Made by a program: the position numbers and the translations under genes. Positions 35,126 through 45,336 of a DNA stretch of 64,000 nucleotides are shown here, piece after piece. The first letter of the stretch is position 1, and every line of letters starts with the position of its first letter. This stretch comes from Williopsis jadinii. Taxonomy: Eukaryota. Under the pieces are notes generated by a model, which did no database searches, was not told where the DNA came from, and saw only the letters and a list, made by a program, of their open reading frames with translations. Where the stretch lies: positions 930,001 through 994,000 of the forward strand of contig AP024666.1 of the NCBI GenBank assembly GCA_024346625.1, written 5' to 3'.

Positions 35126-35397
35126 AGCCGTCCTTCTCGGCCTCTCTCCCTCTCCGTCCCTTCAAGATGAATATACCACTCTTAATTTAATGATCTAATG
35201 ACCTTTTTCGCTCCAGCAACGCCCCATTGTGCCCATTGATAGGCGTACCGTACTTGTAGAGCATCTCCCTGCTAAGAATACGCGCTTGTGATTGGCTGAA
35301 AAAGCAAGCTCACTGTAAGCGAATCTTCAACATTGACAATTACGTGAACGAGATCCCGGAGAACACAACAAGGCACACTACAACGGGTGGACTAGTG

Positions 35398-36414
35398 ATG
35401 AGTTACAGGGTTTTGAAGAGGAAGCTACACATCCAGGCTGCTCCGACACGGTCAATTATTGCAAAGAACCTCGGACATCACCAACCAAGCGATGTTCCCT
35501 ATGCCCAGCAGCCTCTGTTCAACGCACTAGGCCAACCACCGACACTGCTAGAGGTGAACGCACCACCGTCGTTCCCGGTGGTTCTCCAGTCCTCCAAGCT
35601 GATCTCGCTGTCGAACATAGCGACAACAAGACTGACGCCCTATATAAGCCTGAAGAACCTCGTGTTGTGGAAACCATGGCGGTTTCTCACACTGGAGTCA
35701 ACAACGCCTGTGTCACTGCTCGTCACAGGCCAAAGTCTGTCCGTGCTGACGCTTGATGGGGCTACCGACTATGTTCTCTTCCCAAGGGACTCACTTCTGG
35801 CGTATGCCGGTGCTGCGCTGAGACTAGGCGCCGTTAGAAGAGTCAAGGGGCTCCCAGGGTTCGAGTACACCTTGTTACAAGGCCGTGGTGAGGCCGTGGT
35901 GCAGGCTGACGGCGAGGTTCACAAGCTGGTGCTGGACAGCGAAGACGAGGTCATCGTCAGTAAGAAAGCGCTGGTTGCAATGAACGTGCAAGGCGAGGTT
36001 GACTGTATAGAACCATGGACACTGACCAAGACTCAGGTTGAGCAATCACAGTCTCAGGACGTTGTTAAGACCAACGACTGGAAGCACTATTTACAGCAGG
36101 CTTTGAATACGCTGAATCACATAAAGCGTTCCTTGCTCAACGTCGTCTCTGGTGCAAACGAGTATGTGAAGGTCAAAGGTCCTCGTACTGTGTTGATCCA
36201 GGCCAACTCTTCGACCTCACCTCTCTTTGAGCTGGACACGGAGAATAAGTCTATACGCATCACGGAATCTAAGCTTGAGGACTACGCTTCCTTCCAATCG
36301 CAGGATTCAAGAGACTACTTACACTATGTGACGGTGCAAAACGGTGAGGTGAAATTCACCTCGACTCCAGACTTCAAGGCAACGGTGGATAAGATTGCAA
36401 AGAAGAGTGGTTAG
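35398..36414 (+). CDS. AIM24: Mitochondrial inner-membrane AIM24-family protein (first ATG at 35398)
   Basis: Basic presequence, FNALGQPPTLLEV, LTLDGATDY, LLQGRG, VKVKGPRTVLIQ, YLHYVTV..GEVKFTSTPDF; neighbours EAF6/BNA2 as in YJR078W-082C. Confidence 0.8.
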   Translation: MSYRVLKRKLHIQAAPTRSIIAKNLGHHQPSDVPYAQQPLFNALGQPPTLLEVNAPPSFPVVLQSSKLISLSNIATTRLTPYISLKNLVLWKPWRFLTLESTTPVSLLVTGQSLSVLTLDGATDYVLFPRDSLLAYAGAALRLGAVRRVKGLPGFEYTLLQGRGEAVVQADGEVHKLVLDSEDEVIVSKKALVAMNVQGEVDCIEPWTLTKTQVEQSQSQDVVKTNDWKHYLQQALNTLNHIKRSLLNVVSGANEYVKVKGPRTVLIQANSSTSPLFELDTENKSIRITESKLEDYASFQSQDSRDYLHYVTVQNGEVKFTSTPDFKATVDKIAKKSG

Positions 36415-36536
36415 AATTAGATACATAGGAGAGATGTGGAAGGCGATTCCGTTAAAACATATTATCATACATTATGGTCCAAGCCATATAACCGTCTCAT
36501 CGTAACTCAAATCCTCTTTGGACACGGGCAATTACG

Positions 36537-37772
36537 TTATTTATAGAACTCGCCTGGACCATGCCACGTGTTGGGATAAGGAACAGTTGCTGGGACGCCA
36601 TGCATTATCTGATAGGGAGCTCTGTTCCCAGTATCTTCATGAAGAGGTGTCATACTCTGAGACAGGTTCATCGGAACTGATGAGAGATGGTTGAAGTATA
36701 CGACTTGAGCTTGAGGTGCTGCGTGAAGGTTCGGTGCACTCTGTGATTGGATGCCCTTGTCGATGCTGTAAACTGCGTTACCATTTGATGGTATGACATT
36801 GTTATTGTACAGAACCACGGGTTGGATGTAATTAGCCTGTGGAATGGCACCGGTGTATCTTGAGCTGCGATCAACGCTTGGACTAATTTGAGTATGCTCT
36901 GCTCCAGACGCCGCCTCTGAATAACCATGATTGTTGGCCACCATCACAGGGTAAAGAGTCGTTTGATCATTTGTAAATGACGATGCTCGACTAAACATGG
37001 GAAATGAAGACTGGTCAGATACATTTGAAATGGGTGATATCATCGACATCGATCTGTGAGGCGTTGCTGTTGTTGTGGTACCTGTTTTGCAGATCAAGTT
37101 GGGATCCACGGTGTACTTGCTCAGTACTTTCATCAAGGCAGATTCCACATTTGACCAGTAAAGGACCTTGACGTCTTTCTCTACACGCCGTGGCCTTGGG
37201 GATTTGTAATGCATAATTTGTTCGAATAGTATCTGGAACTTTGGTGAAGATCGTGTCACTGTTATAGGCTTAAGACTTTGGAAGTTACGTCTGATCCTAT
37301 TCTTTTCCTGGACAGGGAACTTCTGTTTCACCAGTCTCTCCAGAAGTGAAATCAGATCAACTGACGTTACGAAATGTCGATCCATTGTCTCGCTGTAGAT
37401 ACAAGAGATCACCGACATTCCAATGGAATAGTCTTGTGGCATCAATGGTGTGAAAGACAGGCTAAGATGGTTAAAGTGTTGCGTTGAAGAGATCAGTACA
37501 AGTCTTCTTTTGCATTTCAGCTCGTCTAACGTCCAGTCCTTGGTCAATGCGTTCAAATCACCTTTGATATCCATCGTGACCTTCGTATGAAGGTTCTCGT
37601 CGGACTGCAACTGTTTGGGTGATAGCACCGTACTGGCTCTAACAAGATCAGGGTCAGTTCTCATGTGTAACTCGGGGCTGCTATAGCTCAAACTCGGCAT
37701 ATCTGTGTGTTGTTGGGAATATTTTGTATTACAGTGGGCATTGTAGACGTTGAAGTGTGAAGAATTCACCAT
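36537..37772 (-). CDS. MedA/Medusa C-terminal-domain (DUF7082-like) putative transcriptional regulator (first ATG at 37772)
   Basis: GDLNALTKDWTLDELKCKRRLV, VISCIY, FVTSVDLISLLERLV, EKNRIRRNFQSLKPITV, IMHYKSPRPRRVEKDVKVLYW match the conserved block of filamentous-fungal MedA/ACON-3; flanks are low complexity. Confidence 0.8.
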   Translation of the reverse strand: MVNSSHFNVYNAHCNTKYSQQHTDMPSLSYSSPELHMRTDPDLVRASTVLSPKQLQSDENLHTKVTMDIKGDLNALTKDWTLDELKCKRRLVLISSTQHFNHLSLSFTPLMPQDYSIGMSVISCIYSETMDRHFVTSVDLISLLERLVKQKFPVQEKNRIRRNFQSLKPITVTRSSPKFQILFEQIMHYKSPRPRRVEKDVKVLYWSNVESALMKVLSKYTVDPNLICKTGTTTTATPHRSMSMISPISNVSDQSSFPMFSRASSFTNDQTTLYPVMVANNHGYSEAASGAEHTQISPSVDRSSRYTGAIPQANYIQPVVLYNNNVIPSNGNAVYSIDKGIQSQSAPNLHAAPQAQVVYFNHLSSVPMNLSQSMTPLHEDTGNRAPYQIMHGVPATVPYPNTWHGPGEFYK

Positions 37773-37932
37773 AACGGCTGGCACAATCTGGAGATTGATG
37801 CTACCTAAACGTTTTCAAATTTGGAATCCGGTTAAAACCTGCCTGAGGAAGAGGGAAAGATGACGAACAAGCACTACTTTATAAAGGATAACTTCCTATG
37901 TTCATGTTAAGTTGTTCTCTCCCTGCTACCAT

Positions 37933-37942
37933 CCAAAAATGG
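37933..37942. promoter_or_regulatory. CArG/Mcm1-like box CCAAAAATGG upstream of the MedA-like gene
   Basis: CC(A/T)6GG about 160 bp upstream of the ATG; TATA-like TTTATAAA near 37878-37885. Confidence 0.4.
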
Positions 37943-40900
37943 AAATTTCCCACAGATCACAATCTATACATATGGTTTAGGGCTCTTTTAGTCTCTGTCA
38001 ACCAAAGATTCATATCACATCAGTAAATGGATCAACGAAAAGCCTTCTAACGTACATGTGAGGTTACGTGCTTTCCAGTCCCGATATGTACCAGGTATTG
38101 GTAATGAGCATTCACCAACGGTCTAATTACCCTTTAGTCTTTGTTGTCCATTGCAGCCTTTTTGCATCGATACGCACTCTAGCTTCGACTCCAAATAACT
38201 ATATATCCGCCTTGTTAGGCAGCACTGCATACGCAGTGCATGACGACTACATACATATGGAAATTACTGTCTGTCATAAGCGCTAAATCAGTCGATCTAA
38301 TCGTACGGGCATGTTTCTAACTTACAATAGAAGCGTACGAGTCGGCGCACAAGTTCATATTGTGTGGTATTTTGGTAGCTTTTACAAGCGTTTGTTGCGA
38401 GGCCAAGAAGTTATTTAATACTGTTATTGAATAACGATGATCGGTAATAGACATCAAGGCATAGGACATATATATATATGGCTGCTGGTACTTATTGAGC
38501 ACTTCTAGGACCATCCTGACTATCCCTAGACCCGTCGTTTAGGACCTAGAACTGGACAGCCATGCACATGTTTTGCGACAATTCGCTAGTTTGAAGTACA
38601 TTTAGCGTAGACCTCTGTGCTATTGTCAACGTGTATACACTCTGTACATGAAAGCAGCGTCTAATTCTATATCAGAGCTGATCTTGATCGTGGGGCTGGG
38701 CCTCCTCGAGGCGACGTATCGAGGACACTCGTCACCCCTTTCTTGTAGGCTGTTTCGGTTTTCCATGTCCAGTAAGAGCTGGTTAGCTATGGACTACAAG
38801 GTGAGGAGCACCAAAGCACATAGATGTCCGTGAATTGGATCCCATATCATAGCGAGTTCGAAGATCGACGAGCTGTTGCTCCAGTTGTCCATACGGGCAC
38901 CGGCATTCTTCGCTCTGCCTGTTGGTGATCTTCAAATTGAAAGAAACATGTTGTTTTTACAACGTCCAGAAAACTGCCCCGTGACCGCTTCTTCCACGCA
39001 CAATTTATAAGAGCGTATGTTAGTTGTGGAAAAATTGCTTGGTCGGTCACAATGACTCAGACACATAACGCATGCCCTACAGCATACATATGTGTGAATA
39101 TCTGTGCTTGTAACTTTTCTAGCTTGTACATTATTGCAGAGCGTCGTGTATAACTTGTAAGTTAACGGGCACTTCTAGAACTTGCGGTTCTATTGGAGCT
39201 CTCAAACTTATCACCGACGGATTTGGATATCTCCATTACAAGGTGAGCTATAACAAGGCGGTGATGTAAGGCCAATTCCGGAGGCTGGTGTGTTTACTGT
39301 TGACAGTATTAAACGATGGCTTAGCGATAGCTGTGGAAAAAAAAGATTCTCGTATATCAGTACGCGATATATTATACATAACATTTAAACCTTAGCCAAC
39401 AGCTGTACAAATGGCGGTATTTAAATTATGCTGCCGTTGAGTAGCACGGTGTAATTTGTAAAACTTGGTACCATACGGCTACAATTCAAGATTGATCATA
39501 TCCTTACTTCCATCTAATGTAATTTAGCCAATCGCTTACACTTTACAATAGATGGATCGTCAAGCAAGCCTTCACAAAAGAGAGACTAACTTGTTTCTTC
39601 TTCAAAAAAAAAGAGGTTCCAGAAAAGATCGGCGAGCCATTGAAACACTCACACAGATTTATACGCCACCTGTGGGAACATCAACTTTATTCTAGGACGG
39701 AAGCCTTATGTTGGTTGCACGGTTGATCAACACTGTTCGTAAATGTTCAATACACAGGCTGACTCTGCAGTAGTGTTCCAAATAATATGTGTTTGAAAGA
39801 CATGGAGAACGATACAAATTCTGGAAAGTCTTGTATCGTTGAATTCTGAGTCCACCTTAATAGAACAGTATTCCTAAGCCTTGATTAATTGTCCCCTGCT
39901 GTTCTGGATCCAAGGCTCTATTTTACTCCCCAATGTGTCTTGGTCCCCCGCTGCCCAATATTTTACCCTTTTGGAAGTTGTGCCTGAACAAGCCGGATAA
40001 ATCATACATCACCAACAACACTACTTCCTTATTCAACATACCTACCATCATTATAAACATTACATAGTAGTCTATGATCGTCCAGCACAGTTGTAGAAAT
40101 CTCCTCCTGTATACCTCCACGGGGACCTACGTTTCGTATCCTTTAATGATCCCAGTACTCAACAACTTCTATTTACATTCAGATTCTCGGATCCAAACCG
40201 AAGTTCATCACCTTGCACAATGGCTGCACCATATACATACGTGAATCGCCTACCCTGCAGAATCGCAAATCGTTTGATTAAGGTAATCATCGCCCTACCG
40301 GTGCCCAGGTCACTCAGCAGCAGGCAATTGAATAAAGGATATGATAATACGTTCAGCCTATAAAAACTATATGGAGGCTATAGCCATATTCCCATGAAGT
40401 AATATGTCTATGTGGCTGAGCGTTATAATACGTGTGGGCTTAGAACCTTTGAGGGGATCGGTCGTGGTAAACTATGTCTATCGGTGTACGTACCCATAAC
40501 GCATGCTTGCTGATGTACAAGCTATTGCGCATGTATGTATATTGACGTACTACATCTCAGTAAAAGTAGGCTAATGTAGCTCGATTACCCAGAAGATGAA
40601 TCGTGGCAGCTATTGACGGACCAAAATAATTCTTTCAACTCTCAATACTCCTTGGAATGTAATAGAAAGTGGTGATCGTAAATGAAGAAATATGGTTTAC
40701 TTAGTTTCTGGTCTCAAGCAACTCCTACGCTACTAACATTGCGAAGCGTTGAAGCAATACAAGTCCTCAATCAGTGAGGTGTGGCATCCAATGGTTGAAG
40801 CTACAAGTCGGAGCTAAAGGGAACAACCACAATGTAGAGAAATGCAAAGCACTCTCACCTGTGCAATTAGGCTTAGTAAGGCAAATGCTCGTGGACAACC

Positions 40901-42367
40901 TTGCTGCAGAGTGATAGGCCAAACAGTCGGATCGATGCCGCCTTCAAACCACCTCGCTTCATTGACTCCAATGGATTACAATGCCATGGTGATTATCGAT
41001 TTGGCTAAAAGTCCTGTGCCTGTATCAACAATCTTAAATGACCAACTGGTGCATCAAGAATAAATGGTGTAAGCAAGAGTGGAGTATGTATACATTAGGC
41101 AACATGTTGTATATAAAACCATTAAAATATTCACTGTAAAACATCTATAGTGATGTAGAATGCTAGCATTTATAGCTTCGGGACTTGCTTCCAGTGGTGC
41201 GGTTTGTGCTCACAAGTGAGCTCTTTTTCACTTTGCATGGGAAAGAAAGATGCAACTGGCAAGGTGATCTATTGCACTAACCATGCTAAGGAGTCGTGAC
41301 TTATAACGAGCGACCAAAAGATTGATATCGGTGCCGTGCTCTTTTAATTTGTTGATATCGATTTTGCTGTAATCATTGACGCCTGTGCCAGAGACCACCA
41401 CAGTGACGGGGTAATAGTACAACTTGACGCAAGAGGTGATTGGTCCAACTCTCACCATGCAGCACAATTTCTTGTAGACTGATCAATTTCTAATGATAGA
41501 GGCCATTGGGATTGTTCTTCGTGGAAAAGCGTGCCTGGGTTGGCCAAAAGGTATGGCACAACATCCTACTGCCAACGTATTTATATCTATCATTAGCTGG
41601 TGCAATACCACCCAACACTGTCTAATTCCAGTAGAGTGGTTGAGACATGGCAATGTGGCGTGTTTGCAGCATACGCCCCGCCGATTGCTCGATGAAATGT
41701 AACTTATCATGAACGGTCCTTTCATTGCATGTCATCGATAAATAAATACAACTCTAATTAACGCAATCAATCAATCCATCGACATCTTAGCATGCACAGC
41801 TAAATATCACCGAGGCTCCAATGGACAACACGCTGCTTTCTCAGCACGTCAATTTTCAAGTGCTGCCGGTTATATACACTGAATGTCCTCCTTGGTACAA
41901 TCTTTGCATGCTTTCAGCAGTTATCTGCACTTGAACTTCCCTCTATAACCATATCCATTTTGAAGGTTCTTAGCATAAAGTAACAAATTCCCACATCTGT
42001 CAATGAAAGCAGCCTACTGGATATGGATATATTAGACGTCAATGGGAAATCGCCCCTGATAGAGCTGTGAGGCTAAACATGGCTTGCTGCTTTCACTCCG
42101 GCTACTGTGAAATAGCATCACTCAATTAAACACTTAAAAACAGGACATATTTCCACAGGTTTAAAGCCGATGACAGGCCAATTCACCAAGCAATTGCTCA
42201 CAGAGAAGATGAAGGGGGTTTGAAGGTTCTCAATCGGCTTGTTTATGGCTCCACATCGTAACTCATTGATTCCTCCAGCCAAAATGCCTGTTCTGGGCTG
42301 AGAGTCCCCGTGTGGCCACGGGGCGCTGTCCAAAGCCCGAAGGAAACTTGAAACTGTTTCTTATACC

Positions 42368-42390
42368 AAACTGTGGCTCTTGCTATATAA
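42368..42390 (+). promoter_or_regulatory. Met31/Met32-type site AAACTGTGG followed by TATATAA box
   Basis: AAACTGTGG 42368-42376, TATATAA 42384-42390, about 100 bp before ATG 42481. Confidence 0.55.
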
Positions 42391-42480
42391 GAAGAGTTAA
42401 GCTACAAAGTTTTAATCTCTTCTCTTTCCTTCTCTTTCTATCTGTACACGTTGCTTACCACTGCCATCTGACTTGAAACA

Positions 42481-43113
42481 ATGACTCTCCCACCAAAGTT
42501 CAATGCCTCCCACGCGGTTCCTAAATTTGAGGAGCTGAAGACCGCGCCAAACGTGATTGATATCTATCTGGACTATACATGTCCATTCTCTGCAAAGTTC
42601 TTCATCAATTGGTATGAGAACCTCTATCCAAAGTTGAAGACCGACTTTGATTCAAAAGTGCAGGTGGTTTTCCACAACTACGTCCAAGTGTGGCATCCAA
42701 CGTCCAACTTGGTGCACGAAGCCGGTCTTGTCGTTGCTCAGTTGGACCCAGAATCCTTCTTGGATGTTAGTTATCACCTCTTCAAGAACATTACTCAGTT
42801 TTACGACACTGCAACTGCTGATCTGACCAGAAACCAAATCTATGAAAAGATCTTTGACTCTGTCATTGCCGCAACAAAGCCAAAGTACACTAGAGAGCAA
42901 TTCTTGGAGAAGTTGACCATCAACACAAAGGTTGCTGAGGATTCAAACAGTGGTAATGCTGCTAGCAACGACCTGAAAGTGTTCACAAGAATCGGTAGAC
43001 AAAACGGTGTCCATGTTACCCCAACTGTCTTCTTCAACGGTTTCAGAGACACATCCATTGAGTCATCTACTCCAATCTCTGTCATTGAGGAGAAGATCAA
43101 GGCCCTTTTGTAA
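42481..43113 (+). CDS. DsbA-like thioredoxin-fold protein with CxxS active site, no signal peptide
   Basis: IDIYLDYTCPFSAKFF, QVWHPTSNLVHEAGL, GRQNGVHVTPTVFFNG (cis-Pro loop). Confidence 0.85.
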   Translation: MTLPPKFNASHAVPKFEELKTAPNVIDIYLDYTCPFSAKFFINWYENLYPKLKTDFDSKVQVVFHNYVQVWHPTSNLVHEAGLVVAQLDPESFLDVSYHLFKNITQFYDTATADLTRNQIYEKIFDSVIAATKPKYTREQFLEKLTINTKVAEDSNSGNAASNDLKVFTRIGRQNGVHVTPTVFFNGFRDTSIESSTPISVIEEKIKALL

Positions 43114-43142
43114 ATAATAGCCTGATATATAAGCAGTTCGTT

Positions 43143-43997
43143 CTAATATAAACGATAGTTTCCCACAAATGTGAGTTTATACAGTGTTATAGCAATGCAC
43201 GCCACTACGAGAGACCATATGATTGCCTTGTTCCTCGATCTGATGCTCTGCTTCTGCCTTTTCTCGAGAGATTCAATATCTTCAACAACTTTCCATAGTT
43301 GTTCTAAGCGAGCTTTGTTATCAACGAGTTTCTGTCTTGATGAATTCACGGCAATTTCATACTGGTCCAGGACAGTTAAAATACCAAACAATCTATCAAC
43401 CTCCTTTTCAAACCCCTTGTACTCATTTTCTATCAGCTTTGTGTTCTCCAAGACCAGCTTCAGCCACTGTGATATCCTGTTTCTAGTTTCTTCAACCTCG
43501 CGCTGTAGTTGGACAAAGCATGCCTTATCATCGGTGATTGCGCTCTTATTCACCTCCACTTGATCCTGAACGGACTTCAGAACCCTGTTCTCCAGCCTAT
43601 TCACATCCTCGACAATTAACGAGTTATCATTCGTCAATAGCTTCGTCTGTTTCAAGATGTTGATTGGCTGTTTCGGACTCTGCTGCTCTTGGGTATTTGT
43701 CCTTGATATGAATGGGGTATTGAGCCGTGAACTGGCTGTGTGGTTAGGACTCTGCTCATAGAACTGATCCACCAGTCTATTCATGCCAGTGCCATCGTCG
43801 CTGATTACCCTCGAGGGTTTCTTCTGATGATTCTTCGTACCACCGCCTGATGACGTTGGCGGTGGTGAAGATGTCAACAGGGTTGAACCGTCAGAGTGGG
43901 ACGGGTGGATCCGTGGCGGCACACGTAGATTCTGCACAGACTGTTGTAGCGATGAAGACACCGGTGTTGATTTGGCTACCGACTCCCTTGTTGGCAT
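43143..43997 (-). CDS. Tail-anchored coiled-coil membrane protein, possibly Frt1/Frt2 (Hph1/2)-like (first ATG at 43997)
   Basis: S/P-rich disordered N-half, heptad-rich C-half, single C-terminal TM (AIIWSLVVACIAITLY); adjacent to SAW1. Confidence 0.7.
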   Translation of the reverse strand: MPTRESVAKSTPVSSSLQQSVQNLRVPPRIHPSHSDGSTLLTSSPPPTSSGGGTKNHQKKPSRVISDDGTGMNRLVDQFYEQSPNHTASSRLNTPFISRTNTQEQQSPKQPINILKQTKLLTNDNSLIVEDVNRLENRVLKSVQDQVEVNKSAITDDKACFVQLQREVEETRNRISQWLKLVLENTKLIENEYKGFEKEVDRLFGILTVLDQYEIAVNSSRQKLVDNKARLEQLWKVVEDIESLEKRQKQSIRSRNKAIIWSLVVACIAITLYKLTFVGNYRLY

Positions 43998-44128
43998 GGC
44001 CTCTGTCCTTCCTTTGCGTATTGAACCGTATCTCTCGTTTCCTTGATGTTTGTATACGAGTTGCCTGAAATTTCCCCGATCAACAACTGCACATAAACAA
44101 CAACAACAACGACGCAGCAGCAAAGCAA

Positions 44129-44881
44129 ATGCCACCGGTGTAAGTCTCCATGCTAATGTGCTGAACAACACGGGCTAACTCCTTCTCCAGAACAACTGTT
44201 GTACAACTGACAAAGTCTTCAGCTTTGCAGTGTCGTGTTTTCATCAACAGGAAGGAAGTGCTGAAGTCTTTAAAACAGGGTGAGTAAACTAGCAGACACT
44301 GTTTCGCCACGAGTCTAACAAAGAAACCCCACGTAATAGATGTGATATTCGAAGCTGTGATATCATCAGCACAGACGAAGAACCATAAGGCGCTGGTTAG
44401 GCTGAAATCCAGCTCTCCAATCTACCTGAGCAACTCTCAATTGTCAAGTCTGATAGATGCCCTACGACCGCATCTCGTCAATATAATGCTTGTATCTACA
44501 CCTGAAAGTTTACGTCTAAGCTCTATAGCCAAGTCGAAGAACGAGTTGAAACTTGTTGTTGAAGCTGGCGGCTGGAAAGTGGTGCTGACAACCAGTTTGG
44601 ATTTCATAATGAGTATAAGGACGTGTGGCTACGACTCCAACGAGGATTCGCCGGCTCTGCTTATTAGGACTCCAAGGAAGTCAGTGAATGCGGATGCACC
44701 TGTCATCATCTCAGAATCTGATAACAGTGACGACAATGAGGATCGAATAAGCATCCCGCCAAAGCATTCCATTATAGCTTCATCAACAGATAAGAAATTT
44801 GTCCAAAAGTACAACTATACACCTATAGCCACTTCATCAAAAAGTCTCAAAATTGAAGTTGTAAAGACACCAAAGAGGTAG
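44129..44881 (+). CDS. SAW1: Single-strand annealing protein Saw1; exons 44129-44139, 44191-44279, 44340-44881 (213 aa)
   Basis: Spliced N-terminus MPPVTTVVQLTKSSALQCRVFINRKEVLKSLKQDVIFEAVI...LKSSSPIYLS resembles Saw1 (MAPSIATV..LRIFVNRKQIL..IFEA..IYLS); C-terminal DKK..Y.Y motif. Confidence 0.8.
44140..44190 (+). other. SAW1 intron 1 (51 nt)
   Basis: GTAAGT donor, GGCTAAC branch, CAG acceptor. Confidence 0.82.
44280..44339 (+). other. SAW1 intron 2 (60 nt)
   Basis: GTGAGT donor, GTCTAAC branch, TAG acceptor; restores the frame of the 44342-44881 ORF. Confidence 0.82.
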
Positions 44882-45336
44882 TTCCCTCTTGTCGAGTGTC
44901 TACAAACATTTTCAATAAAGAACAAGGCATGTATAACTGGAAGATGGTTTCATTTTATAGTATAAAACAACGACAAAAAAGAAGAGAGTACAATCATGCT
45001 TCAAGTCATTCAAAAGCATTCCAACATTGACTTCATTCTTTCCAGCACCATTAAAGATAACACCCAACATTGAGTCAAAAAAAAAGATAATAAAGATTAA
45101 AGAGTCACATCAAAGATAAAGTAGAAAACAACACAATGATACACTTTATATGGAAAGGATAGTACAAATGATAATAAAAAAACAGCCGGTGTGGACTTGA
45201 ACAAGAAGAGAGGAACAAAACAAGTTGAGGTTAACAATAAAGTGTTCATTCTTCTATCTATCTTGACATTTTAAAAAACAACAGAGATTAGTAAATAACA
45301 GTTTGATAAACAAAAAGGAGAAAGCAGCAACTTCGC

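Noticed and set aside
42199..42220. U6-like ACAGAGAAGAT
   Set aside because: Similarity stops immediately; no AGC triad or internal stem-loop.
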